Assembly (NCBI GenBank): GCA_904063045.1 | Contig: CAJFCJ010000003.1 | Span: 992,001-1,056,000, forward strand | Direction of reading: 5' to 3' | Length of the DNA: 64,000 nt | From: Dimorphilus gyrociliatus | Lineage: Eukaryota > Animalia > Annelida | Shown here: positions 24,418-37,437 of the stretch, in pieces | How the letters are laid out: each line of letters opens with the position of its first letter | Numbering within the stretch: the first letter of the stretch is position 1 | Position numbers and translations under genes: made by a program | The notes under the pieces: generated by a model | The model's input: the letters and a program-made list of their open reading frames with translations, nothing else | The model's database searches: none | What the model was told of the DNA's origin: nothing

Positions 24418-26403
24418 TTATGGTGAAACGTACAACAAAGTGAATGAAGTCAATTTTAATTCATCACTATAAGCGGGATTTGAAGTTTCAATAGAAATTG
24501 AATCGCCTTCTTGAACTTGAAGCAAACCTCCTCTACTTTTTACATCATACGCGTTATGTGCAGTTGATAAATAACGCATTCCCAACTTTACATCATTATT
24601 AACCACAACTTCGACAACGGATTGACTTTGAGGAAACACACCCACTGATACATCAATATAGTAGAGACCAGATACAGCCACTTTGTATGTATTATCAATT
24701 GTACTCCATCCTGATGACACATCTAAAACGACTGTGTCAAATGCTAGTTTCCTTCTCGTTGTTATACTTTGACTAACACTACTATAAGCGTAAAATGCGG
24801 GACTATCACTAGTTGCGTTTAGTTTAAATCCAGTCATATAAGTATAAAAATGAAGTGATCTCACTCGTCCTTCTATTAACTTCAAACCAATTTTATCATC
24901 AGGATTTAGTTCTACTATAAATCCTCTTGATGCCTGATTGTTACCAACATATCTAGTATCACTTCTCCCTATCTCACAACCGGGTTTGTTATTGAGATCA
25001 TTAATAACAAAAGATGCTTTTGCGGCCCTCCTAGATTCAAATCCAAGTCCAATATTTATAAAATACCAACCTTTCGTTGAGACAGTTAATCGTTGTCTAT
25101 TTGGATCCATAGCAAAGCCACGAAGCGATACTATTCTATTGAATGGTATCATTCTTTCAGTCCCAAAAAATGCTGAAGTTGTTGAAACAAAAAATGCATT
25201 ATTTGTTTCATATCGGAATGCTGTCCATGCTGTATCACTGCTTGATACCGATCCAACTACACTGGCGGCTGTATTTTCGTGAAAAGTTTTTTTATTTAAA
25301 GAAGGTAAGAAAAGGTAAGTGCCCGATTTGGATAACGTTTCAGAATTTCGCAGATCAATACGATCTTTTCTTTTGTATAAAGCAGAAGAGATGCCCGATC
25401 CTTTGTCTTCAAAATACACACCTCCTAAACTTTGTGTCGTTGCTGTTATAGAACTGAAGAAAAATCCTCTATCTTTAACATTTAATGAATTTGTTGTAGC
25501 ATTAAAAAGATTGCCATTATTAATATTTATTCGATGCCACTTGACAGTACCACGAGAAAGAGATACAAGACTTGTCATTGATACCATAAATGCTGGCTCT
25601 TTGACTACACCGCAAGGTGGATTAAAGCACAAATCTATATCAACTGAATTTCCGGGACAATCTTCGCCTCCATTCATTGGTGGCGGATTTGTACAACTCC
25701 TTGTACGAGTTCGAAGACCATCACCGCAGGATGGATCACAATCCGACCAACTTGACCATTCAGACCATCCTCCTGGCATTGGACACTCGGATTCTTCAAT
25801 TGTTACACACATTTTCGTAGTACAATCTCGAACATTTAATGATGGACTGAAAAAATATCCATCTGGACATTGCTGAGGCCAAGAAAGACCATTATAACAA
25901 TGATAATATTGTCTACAATCATTATTGTTTGGATATGTTCCATTCATTTTTCCATCACAATCCGAATTCTTCGTATAACATGGTTCTTCAAAAGACATCA
26001 CCTCGTCAGGTACAGTAGAACATTGACGAAAATCTTGATTCTTAACGATAAGTGTAGAATTTCCACCTGGACATTCAGCTTCTTCAGGTTCTACACAAGT
26101 TGAGTATTCACAGTTGGTTAGAGAAACGGTGAAAAAGAGTCCTGGAGGGCATTGTTGAGGGAAAGGAGTACCGCTTATACAATGATAGTATACACCACAA
26201 AATTCTGGGTCGGCAAATGCTCCATCAATTGGTTGTAAATCCGAATTTAACGGACATTGAAATTGAATAGAGAAACCGATTGAAAGGAACGCTGTTATAA
26301 AAAAGACACATTGAATAAGCATTAACTTTTTATTAGATAATATTGTTCATATGTTTATTTAATTAAATACTTTACCGAAAATGGTTAAAAGAAGAATTTT
26401 CAT
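24418..26403 (-). CDS. Copy D: secreted 2xCBM14 - TSP1 - 3x gC1q protein, 633 aa; complement(join(24418..26291,26376..26403))
   Basis: Inverted near-duplicate of B with the same exon structure; 14 amino-acid differences. TATAAA at 26433..26438. Confidence 0.92.
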
Positions 26404-26466
26404 TTTTTTTGTCTTTACTTCTTTTAGCTCACTTTATAAAATGTTTCGGAGTAGTTGATTGTCAGA

Positions 26467-26469
<3 letters not shown>

Positions 26470-26501
<32 letters not shown>
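26470..26501. repeat. (AT)16 in the copy D promoter
   Basis: Paralogous to the (AT)18 of copy B, two units shorter. Confidence 0.95.
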
Positions 26502-26507
<6 letters not shown>

Positions 26508-28546
26508 TTAGGTTATCATAAAATAGCAGCGATAAGGCAGATAATGCAACTTCTAAAGAGAAATGTACGTAACTGTACTACACTTGAATATTTCTTAATA
26601 TGTTGAACATTAGATTTTCTCTTGAGAGAGTTTGCTTTTTATATATACAATATATATACGTATGCATACATATATGCAGTATATATATATATATTTTTTA
26701 ATAAATTAATTAAACTACTATTTATCATCATGAGCTTCAAATACTCCTTATTTATTGACCTTTTTTTATCAATAATCTAAAGATTATAAACATTTTATTA
26801 AGTTCTTTGAGGTTGCGACCTCTGAATCATTCATGATTATAATATACTTAGGTCGCTTTCTTTCATGTGATTGCTATAGACCCATTTCGAGTTCAAGTAA
26901 TTTAGTTTGATTATCTCCTTCGATAACAAAAACTAACGATATATATTTTTTGACGCCGAAATAATTGGTTAACTATTTTTGATTTATTCCTTGATAATAG
27001 TAAAGGAATTTCCAGATTTTTTGACATCTCTGTTTCTCTTATGACAGACCACTTTCAGTATCTGAAATTAGCGACAGCTAATATAATTTCATATATAAAG
27101 AAAGATAATGCAATTGCATCTTGATCATTTATAGAAAACGATTCCATTCTCTTCAGGAAAATGTAATAAAATGAAAGAAACACGAAAAATTGAAACTTTT
27201 AACTTAATGACTATCAAAAAGATTTTATTCATTCATTATTAAAATTGTTTGAAATATAGATGAGCAGTTTGAATTTCTTTCAGATATTCTTTTAGGAGAA
27301 AAGAACAGTTTCACCAAGGAGATACATTTTAAGTGGCGTATTTTTCATTCAGCCAGCTTTTTTCAAAAAGCTTCTTTAGAGAGTTGTTTTAATGTAATTT
27401 GAACTAACTAATGTTAACATCCCTATATATTCATATAGTTAAAGACATTTCAACGGTAGTTGGCAAAGTTAAAACTACTTTTCAAACATAAACAATTTGT
27501 CATTTAATTTTCCATCTTGTTGTTTCAAAATCTGTTTCCATACTCCTTCTATCTTATCTCAATCGTTGACCTTTTTATGTTTATTTATAGTGTTTTCTCA
27601 ATGCATAGAGAATTATAAAAATACTTTATTATTAATAAAAAAATTAGATGACCGTAATTAAACTATGGCAATTTCTGTCACAAGTTACCACTTTCTTCCT
27701 GTCTCCTACGCACTGTATCTCTTTCTCTCTTCATTTGTCTCTGTCTCTCTGTCTTTCTTTCTGCTGTGAGACCTACCATATGCGTAATATTTCTGTCCTG
27801 TTTTTATTATACTTATTTATACCTTTTTCGAACCTGATTCAATACAAACTAGTATATTATCGATACAATTTAAATATTCATTTTGAACGAGTATTTTCTC
27901 TTCTTCGAACGAAAAATTCATAAATATACTAATTTAATTCATATTGATAGTTAATTAAACAAAGTTAAACTACTCAATTTCGTATGCCCTATTTGTCCTT
28001 TTAAATATTATCTTTATGTATTTTTGATATGGACTGACTCTTTCAAAGTTTAAAAAAATTGGCTAATGTCGCATATGGTTTTTTCTCTTAATACTAAATT
28101 TAATATGGCTATTTTTAGATACAAACAAATGCTAACTAATAAGAGGAAGGGACATATTTTAAATAAGATATAAATATAATAATACGTTTGTATAAGAAAT
28201 CAATAAAAGCAATAAATTGACAAACATTTTCATTAGCATTCCTATGCTGTTTATAAATTTATATTTACATACATAAGAAGACTGATAGAGGGTTGAAGTT
28301 TATGTAACACATATGAAAATCTTATTCATTTTTTATACAAATCAAGTACGAAAAGTATACGATACAGTGTAAGGCCATATAATAATTTTTAGCAAAGCAT
28401 AGGCGGATATCTGGGAACTTTATGATATGTTACATATGGAAAATTTAACAGAAATATATATTTACAACTAAATATAAACATTTCAGAGAGTATATAAGCT
28501 GAAAAATTTTATTGAGAGACAGTCCGATCTTGACTGAATAATAAAG

Positions 28547-29421
28547 ATGAAAGTTCTAGCTTTACTTGCTCTTGTTGCTGTTGCCGTTCAGGCTAAACCA
28601 CGTGATCCTGCTTTCTTGACCACTGAAGTTGGTTACATCGTTGGAGGTGAAGATGCTTCCCCTGGTGAATTTCCATGGCAAGTATCTTTGCAAAGATGTT
28701 CTGGTGCTTCATGCAGCCACAACTGTGGAGCCATCGTCATGAATGCCGACTGGGTTTTGACTGCTGCCCATTGTATCCAAAACCCATCCCTCGCTTCTCA
28801 TAGATTGGTCTTCGGTCTTCACAGACGTAGTGATGAATCTGGAGCTCAAGCTAGAACTCCATCCATTGTTAGACCCCATCCAGATTGGATCAATGACGGT
28901 AGCTTGGGATTCCCCAACGATGTCGGTGTCATGAAAGTCTCTGAATCTGTTGTTCTTTCTGGAAATGTTGCTGCAGCTACTCTTGTATCTTCATCTGTTG
29001 GAAATTTGGCCGGACAAGCCTGTGTCATCTCTGGTTGGGGACGTACCGCTGGTGGAGCACCTTTACCCGATGTTCTCCAAAAAGCCGACACCCGTGTCTT
29101 GTCCACTGCTGAGTGCCAAGCTCAAGGAATTCCTCAAGCTGATGATGACTTCCATATTTGTCTTAACAACGATGCCGGAACTACCAACTCCTGCAACGTA
29201 AGTCTAACATCTTACAAAACATTTTGTACAAATTCTTAATATAAAATCTTTTCCAGGGTGACTCTGGTGGCCCATTGAACTGCCCAATCGGAAGCGGTGG
29301 CTCTATTCAAATTGCTGGTGTTACATCTTTCGGTATCATCTTCTGCCCACCAAACAGACCAGCTGGGTATGCCCGTGTTTCTTACTACCGTGACTGGATC
29401 GATTCCAACTCCCAAGATTAA
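28547..29421 (+). CDS. Secreted S1A serine protease (chymotrypsin/elastase-type pocket), 271 aa; join(28547..29197,29257..29421)
   Basis: Signal peptide, propeptide ending GY|IVGG, HNCGA, TAAHC (His57), PNDVGV (Asp102). A 59-nt phase-0 intron precedes GDSGGP (Ser195). Residue 189 is Asn, not Asp. TATATAA at 28491, AATAAA at 29447. Confidence 0.95.
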
Positions 29422-31453
29422 GTAGCTGTGTAAAATAAGGAAACCCAATAAACAATCGTCTTAATGATAAATAAATATTAAAATCTTAAATTTAAACTTT
29501 AAAGTTTAAACTTTCTCTTAAAAGAATTATTATATTAATATATAGTTTAATGAAACTTGTAGTCTTTATACTTTGAACCTATAATTTTGGTTCGCATCTC
29601 TCGCGTAATCGCTTAAATTTACCGTTTTTGACTTGCTCCATAAATAAACTATAATTCATTATAAATAAGCTATAAAGATATCACTTGTTATTCAATAGGG
29701 ACTTTATCATTCATCTCCCTCTATAAAATGTTGAGTAAATTCGTTTTGAACCATTTAGGAGCCAGCTTTTTCAACATTTTCGTTGTTCTTCATATTCAAA
29801 TAGCCTTTTCATTCGACATTATTCAAGTGCAATTTGATCTATTCTCACCTGTTTTTCGACCAATGCTTCTCTTTTCAACAAAACCATTGGTTGCCATCAT
29901 CCCTATTATTCTGATCTATGTATAGGCTAAATCCTGAAATAAGTAACATCTTGAAGTATGATCGCATTAGACTAGACGCTCTTTTTTTGTCTTATACAAA
30001 TATATAAAGCATATTATACTTTGTAGAGAGATATGAACTAGATATATTATTCAATTCTAAACTCAACTTGGATAGACCCTTTTCTATAATATAGTCAGAA
30101 TCATTGACTTACGATATCTTACTTTATAAAAGGCAGCTGTAAAAATGATACTTTTGTTCAGCAAAAGTGAACTTATATCTGTAGTTTAATATGAAGTAAT
30201 AAATTTAAATAATCAATTGGAAATTCAACATAAATGAATGTAGTTTTTTTTTGGGGTCGTTAAATATGAAAGATTTTCACCTATTTACTAATCCATAGAG
30301 ACTAGGAATTTGTATTGTCTCTTATATGTAAAATCATTTTGTTTCCATGGTATTAAATTAATAATGGAACAGAATTTATATATAATTGACCAATTTCAAC
30401 TGGTGGTAGACAAGTGTATGAACGAAGTGATACCTAACTGAGTATTTTCTTAAGAGAGAGAAAAACATTTAGAAATCTTTTCAAGATTAAACTTTCATGC
30501 TTTAAGCATATTAAATACAAACATTTCCCCTAAACTGTTCTTTTTGCTCCACTGGAAACAGTTAACATGAGACTGATGGCTTTAAAGTATAAATAAATGA
30601 TATAATAGCTAAGAACTATGAAGAAAACGTCCACAAATATACGTTTTAACCCTAGCCCTAACCGCCCAGGTGACAATCTACTTTGCATTTTAAAGAATCT
30701 GATCCTTAGTTTAGCCCATAATTGGAATGCGATTAGGTTTTAATTTTTCTAACCCTAGAGATGCTCCTAACCAAGCCTCAAAGTTTACCCTTAGTGGATA
30801 TTTTCTTTCTTCTCTCTCAAGCTTTACTCTTACTCGATAACGACTTTGTGAAGAAGGATATGAACATATCTCCAAATAATGAATGAAATAAAACTTTCTA
30901 ATTGCATGCAATGTAAAAATAGCAAAATATTCTATTAATCAAATAATAATTGATATTCTTTCATATGATAATGAAAGGTAAAAGAACAACCATCTGGTGC
31001 AATTTCTGTCTTGCTAAAGTTACAATTTATAATAAATCATTATTCATTGTTGATTCTATGTTATCTTTATGTATTAGCAATAGATAAATTCGTACCAAAC
31101 AAGAGATAAAAATCCTTCTCTAATAACCAAAAGCCTGATAGCTTAATAGGTTTTGCATTGAAAAAATAGAAATATTGACAATCATGTTTAAACGTTTAAG
31201 CTCCCTTCCTTAATATACAATCAATATTGCAACTACAAGTCTATATTTTGCCCCTTTTCATGAATGAAAGTATATTTCGCGATAATGATGTTAAAAATGA
31301 ATAGAATTTTAATTATTTACTACGCAATGTGAAAAAACATGCGGTTTATATGAAATTTGAGTATGAAAGTGTGTGAAATAACATTTCTTAAAGAGTATAA
31401 AAGCGCTTGTGTCTCTTCAGTCTTTACTCAATTTTGGTTGAATTCAAAACATC

Positions 31454-32331
31454 ATGAAAGTTTTAGCTGTTCTCGCTCTTATTGTAGTGGCCTCTCAGGC
31501 TAGACCAAGTTCCAACAAAGCTAATTTGCAACCTTTTGTTGGCCGTATCATCGGAGGAGAAGACGCAGCACCAGGCGCTTGGCCATGGCAAGCATCTCTA
31601 CAAAGATGCACCATCGGATGTTCTCACAGTTGTGGTGCCGTTGTTGTCAATGAAAACTGGGTTCTAACTGCTGCTCATTGTATCCAAAATCCTGATCCTT
31701 CCGGATACAGAGTTGTTGCTGGACTTCACCGCCGTAGTGACGAATCTGGTGCTCAACCTAGAGATGCTTCCCAAGTTATTTCCCACCCTGAATTCATCCA
31801 AGATGGAAGTCTTGGATTCCCCAATGATGTTGGTGTTGTCAGAGTTTCTTCTGCTTTTGATTTGAGTGCTTCAAATGTAGCTGCAGCTACTCTTGTCCCA
31901 AGCAATGCTCCAAATTTCGCTGGACAAGCTTGTACTATCTCTGGTTGGGGTCTTACCGTTGGAGGAGGATCCGGTTTACCTGATGTTCTTCAACAAGCTG
32001 ATACCCGTGTTTTATCCACCGCTGATTGTCAAGCTCAAGGAATCCCACAAGCTGATGATGACTACCATATATGTATCAATGATGACGATTTGGAAACCAG
32101 CTCATGCAACGTAAGTTTAATTCATATAATTCTACAGAATTCTTACTAATTTCAAACATATTTTAGGGTGACTCTGGTGGCCCATTGAACTGCCCAGTTG
32201 GAGCAAATGGCGCTTACCAAGTTGCTGGAATCACCTCTTTCGGTATTATTTTCTGCCCAGAAGATACCCCAGCCGGATATGCTCGTGTATCTACCTACCG
32301 TCAATGGATCGATGACAACATCAGCGCTTAA
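31454..32331 (+). CDS. Secreted S1A serine protease paralogue (chymotrypsin-type pocket), 273 aa; join(31454..32110,32167..32331)
   Basis: Signal peptide, propeptide ending GR|IIGG, TAAHC, PNDVGV, 56-nt phase-0 intron before GDSGGP. Residue 189 is Ser. TATAAAA at 31396, AATAAA at 32365. Confidence 0.95.
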
Positions 32332-34339
32332 GAAGGAAAAGACTACAATTTATCAAATGATATAAATAAATTGTTGCCATTAATAAAACGACCCAAAGAT
32401 TAAACTAAACTTTTCGAACTAAGTCTATTCAGAGAATAATGTTTTAATTTAAAAAACAATAACATCAATTTACAAAAACACCTGAAAATTATAAAAGAGA
32501 AATTATTAATGAGAGTCTTTCACTTCTCTTTTACAGACAGAAACATCTCAATCTATAATTTTAAAGAATTTTACATATCTTGGTTTATAGCACCTTTTTA
32601 GCTGTTTACTTGTCAACAAACAACCTAAAACTTTCCAGTTAAATTAGGAAAGTTGATTAGTAACTATATAATTCTTTATCAAGGGGAAACCGGCTGAAAT
32701 CAAAGTTCTTTCCACTTCCGTTTAAATCAAAAAAAGATACGTTAATTTCGTTTGAATTTAAGCTTTGAATAACCTAAGGTTTAAAAAGAATTATGGTGGG
32801 CCATAACTTGAAAAGCAGCTCTAGCTTGACCTTCTTTACATTGATGATAGGTCTAGAAAGTGATCCATAAATTACTTATCATTTTATACACTCCAATATT
32901 GACCTCAAATAAACTGATAATTCTAAGAGTAAATTAAATAAATGTTAATATTTAGGTCTTCTTTACCTCTCAATATAACTTTTTAATAGTAGAAGTAACT
33001 GAAAATTATCAAGAAATCAAAAAATGTTGAGCAGCTGTGAAAAATCCAATTATAATTTTCATACAAATAGACTCTTGAAAGTATGGGAACAAGCATACTT
33101 ATTGTTAACAAATGACATCATATTCATAACAAAAGTTAATCATTAAACAATTCAATCTTAGCCGGCAATAAAAAAAAACACTGAATGAAATCTTTTGTAA
33201 CTCTTATCCATTTCGCAATGACCGATAAGGCTAATTTGCAGGAAAATGAGGATTATTGACCAGTGATGTTGGTCCAATCATTGGTTGAGTAGACATTGCT
33301 CCAGGCAATATGCTCTAGAAAATATTTTTGCAAAGACGTTCTAGTGCTTAATGTGTACGTAGGTTTGCAGCCCATTCTACTTGTATCATATATGGTATCT
33401 GGCAATTCCCAATGATAATGTGAAATTCGATGAAGCTCTTGCTCTTTCTGCAAATGTTTTTTCATAGTGATGATAGTTGAACTAGCTTATACAACGTAGC
33501 AAAAACGTATATTTTCATACTTATTAACTACTCAATCAAATTCAACAGAGTTTACTAAACCGTCTGCTGCCCACCATATGGACTATCAGGTTAAGCTCTT
33601 ATTTTCTTATACAGACCTTGAATCAACATTCTCTCCTCGATTTCGTGAATTGAAAAAACACAGTTTACTTAAATAAACTAACAATTAGTTTTAACTATTA
33701 TATAATACGGTATATATTACAGATGTTAATAGAGAGACTATTAGAATTAGGATGAAGTCTCTAATTAGTACGTGTAGAACAAATCAATAATCCTTACAAA
33801 AAGTTTGTTATTCGTTTAGCAAGAGAATTTTACAACCTAACTACCAATTATGAATATATTATTTACTTTACATATTACATCTTAAACAATTATACATAGT
33901 ATTTGTGTTGTAAGGATGAAGTAGCTTGTCTCAGAATTCTCCTAATAGTTATTAATTGAAAGAGAATCTTGGTCAGAATGATCTGAATAAAATAACAGTG
34001 AGGAAAACGATGAAAAAGATGGTATAGTTAACATATATAGAGGCTAAATCAACTAACAATTTTAAAGGAGGAGAGTCAGTCTAATAAGCAACATTCACCC
34101 TTAGAGAATCTGAATATGCTTCACTCCAATATTATATATGTAAATAAGGTTGAAGAATATTAATAAAAGAAATTATATACAGATAAAAAGTCTTAGGTCT
34201 CCATTAATAATATTGTATATTTTCTATATTTCGCCTTAAAACGAACAGAAATAAACTGAAATCGTCACTATTAAACAATTTTAATAGTTTATAAATTCTA
34301 TTTTCATTCTATTAAAAATTTCGTTTTTCATAAAACTCT

Positions 34340-36265
34340 TTAACTTGATACGATAAACATTGTTAGAGAAATAACTCTTCTATTATTACTATTTAAGCCA
34401 TCTGTAGCTTTAATTTGAACTCTATCTTTTTCCTTCAAATTCAATAGACCAGACCTTGACATAGTATCAAAGTTATTATGCAAATTCGAAGTACGTACTA
34501 GTGAAAGTCTCCTTTGTCCATTGACATGAATTTCTAAATTAAGTCTTGTATTTGGTGAGCTTCCAGCGTTTACTTCTATAAAATATAAGCCAGAGTATTC
34601 AATTTCGTATTCGCTGGTTGAACTATGCCATATATTTCCATTGTTAAAAACCACATCATCGTATGAAACATTTGATAGAGATGAGCTAAAAAAATCCCCA
34701 GAACGGCGTACGTAGAGAACGGGCGTGAAAAACGTAGTATTCAATTTCATTGCCGTCATATACGTATATAAATTATTTGTTGACCTAATAGCACCAGACA
34801 ATAAGCGAAGACCTATGACGTCATTTGCTTCCAAGAAAACGACTCCACCCCTTGACGCTTGGTCATTTTGGAAGTTGTTCGATTGGCTTCTGCTTAATGA
34901 GAAATTAGTTTGTGGCTCGTTATTAATAGTCAGTACTACATCTGACGTTGTTCTAGCTTCAAAGCCAGTTCCGATATTGATATAATACCATCCACTATCA
35001 GCAACTCTATAGGAATAAGAATTAGGAACGGGTGCAGCCCCTCTTAGAACGATTATTTCTTGCAATCTGATATCTCCTGGATTATTTTCATTAAGTGAAC
35101 TACCGCAAAATAGTAAATTTCTCGATTCGTATCTAAAAGCTAACCAAGATGTTTCGTAGCCATCCTCTCTACTAAAAATAGGAGTGCTAAAAGTTTCAAA
35201 TTCAGCGTAGGGATTAAATAATCTATTCAGAGAAAATATGCCACTTCTCGAAAATGTATCCACTCCATTAAAAGATGATCCAGTTTGTCTAAAGAGTGCC
35301 GATAGTCTGCCGGTACCTTGTAGTGAAGAGTGATATCCATTTCCTGTGCTTGATCCTCCACTTAACGACATGTAATAAAAGCCATTTTCTTCAACCTTCA
35401 TTTCTGAATTGGATGGATTATATAGGTCCTTATTGTTAATTACAACAGAATTCCATATCATTTTTCCAGGAAGTAGAAAGGGAGAATTTCTATAACCAAC
35501 AAAAAAGGCTGGACTAGAACCAAAAGTACAATTTCTACTTTGACAGACTTCTATATCTGTTGACGATCCAGGGCATTTTGCACCGCCATTGGCTGGTGGA
35601 GGATTGTTACAACTTCTTTCTCGTATTCTGATACCAGTTCCACATTCTGGTTCGCAAGGGCTCCAACTCGACCACGAACTCCAGGAACCACCAGTTGGAC
35701 ATGCGGCATTTTCAAGCGGAACACATATCCTTCTATCGCAATTCCTAGTATTCAAGCTAGGATTAAAGAAAAAACCAGAAGGACATTTTTCAGCATACAC
35801 TCTATCAGAAAAACAATGAAAGTATTGAGTACAATCCGTATTATTAGCAAAAGTTCCATTTTGTTGACAAGTTTCGTAGGACTCTTCTGAAGCTTTGGCA
35901 TCGAAATCATTGAAAAATTTAACTTCATTTTCCTCAGATTGATTATAGCTTGGACAATTCGATTCGGCGGGCGAAGTACACATAGTAAAATGACAATCCT
36001 TATGAGCAATTGTAAAGTGAAGACCGGGAGGACACTGCCTTAGGTGAAACGTACCGTTGATACAATGATAATAATTATTACAATTTATTGGATCGATAAA
36101 AGCTCCATCGATATAATTAAAATCATCATCAGTTGGGCAAGAAAACTGCGACAAGGCTCCGTGCAAGAGGATAAAAGCTAATATTAAAATAACATTAGGA
36201 TTAATACAGAATTAAAGATTATATAAATAAAACTTACCGAAAGTCAAAAGGATAAGACCCTTCAT
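34340..36265 (-). CDS. Copy E: secreted 2xCBM14 - TSP1 - 3x gC1q protein, 621 aa; complement(join(34340..36177,36238..36265))
   Basis: Signal peptide MKGLILLTF|AFILLHGALS with a 60-nt phase-1 GTAAG..TAG intron. Same domain order, but a divergent paralogue. TATAAAT at 36305..36311. Confidence 0.92.
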
Positions 36266-36345
36266 GTTTCTCAGGCTGATTAAGTTGTAGCAGCTTGCTT
36301 CAATATTTATACTCTTTCATCCATAGATACAAAATTACAAAATAC

Positions 36346-36373
36346 CTTATCTTTATCAATTTATTATTGATAA
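36346..36373. promoter_or_regulatory. Three WGATAA sites upstream of copy E
   Basis: CTTATCT 36346, TTTATCA 36352 and TGATAA 36368, 35-65 bp upstream of the TATA box. Confidence 0.4.
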
Positions 36374-37437
36374 AGTGATTAACAAAGTAAATACCTTTGA
36401 AGAGAATTAAGATTTATTCTTATTGCATCTATAATACGTCAACTTACCTTATGCAAACTTCAATAATACAATATATAATACTTATAGTCTCTATTTTATA
36501 TAAATTCATTAAGCAGTTTAGTTAAGGCAGCTACCTTATTTTTTATGTTTTTCTATCAAATCTTAAACATCAAAGAAGTTAATTTTTTCGATACGAGATT
36601 AGAGTAGGCGTTTTGCGTGGGAGGCATTCCATTTTATTAGATTAGGCTAAATAGGATAATCTTTCTAATAAGTTTCTCACTTTTTTAAGTTTCTATTATT
36701 TTAATAACTAAATACTTTTCCACTTTAGGCCTATATAGAGATTTATAATTTATGAAAATATACTAAATCTATTCGAAGAATCAAAATGATAAGATTATAA
36801 TTAAAATGATGATAAAAAAGAACGTTTGTTGCAATTTATTAGATGTTTGATAATACTCGTTCAAGTTTATTTATATATCTTGAATGCAAACTCGCAATAA
36901 TTTATTATCCTTGTTATGTTCATAATATTCTTCGTTAAATATATAAATTAGATCTATTTGGGTATTTTAAGTACCGTATCTTCAATTCGATAATAATAAA
37001 CATTTATTACCTACTTTGCGGTTTTCAAGTCAGCAGTTAAGAGATAAGAGAATAAGCTAGTTAAAAGTTTATTTTCGTATAAATTTGTAGAAAAAGCGTC
37101 AATAAGCAGAGGACAATTATTAATTTGTTCTTATTTTCTATTATTATTATTCGATTTGTCAGAATGTTTCATAATCTTCTTGCAGAGAAATCGAATACAA
37201 GATGTTAACATTCTATAAAAAATAAAAGTTCAGTAATTTATGTTTTCTATTTATTTCTCATATAGAATCATATTAACGACTGGAAAATACTGAAATGAGT
37301 GGTACGATTGATATTTTGTCTCCTTTAGATGATAAGATAACTTCTATAGTCAAGGCCTGGATCTAGGCGGAATGATTGAATGGTAAAAAAAATGATAACT
37401 ATTATTCAAGGTTATTTATTTTACAAGTCAGATGGCA

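Larger units (their letters stand above)
24117..26603 (-). repeat. Right arm of the ~2.49 kb inverted segmental repeat
   Basis: Reverse complement of 17198..19685. Confidence 0.95.

Noticed and set aside
13771-26103. Antisense and alternate-frame ORFs (77-185 aa) repeated inside copies A-D, likewise in E, the proteases and the proline-rich exon
   Set aside because: Shadows of the real CDS. Their recurrence only reflects duplication of the sense gene.
30647-30663. Telomere-like TAACCCTAGCCCTAACC
   Set aside because: Only about two degenerate units; expected by chance.
30711-30911. Minus-strand ORF with KYPLRVNFEAWLGAS, faintly like the Tc1/IS630 KHPxKVxVWxGIS motif
   Set aside because: A single weak motif with no flanking DDE motifs found; needs a profile search.
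28547-32331. Proteases as MASP/C1r/C1s complement homologues
   Set aside because: Single catalytic domain with a short propeptide, no CUB/EGF/CCP modules and no Asp189; they look like digestive-type S1A enzymes.
28491-36311. Shared AGAGTATA context at the TATA boxes of both proteases and copy E
   Set aside because: Only 3-4 bases beyond TATA; explained by paralogy and AT-rich chance.
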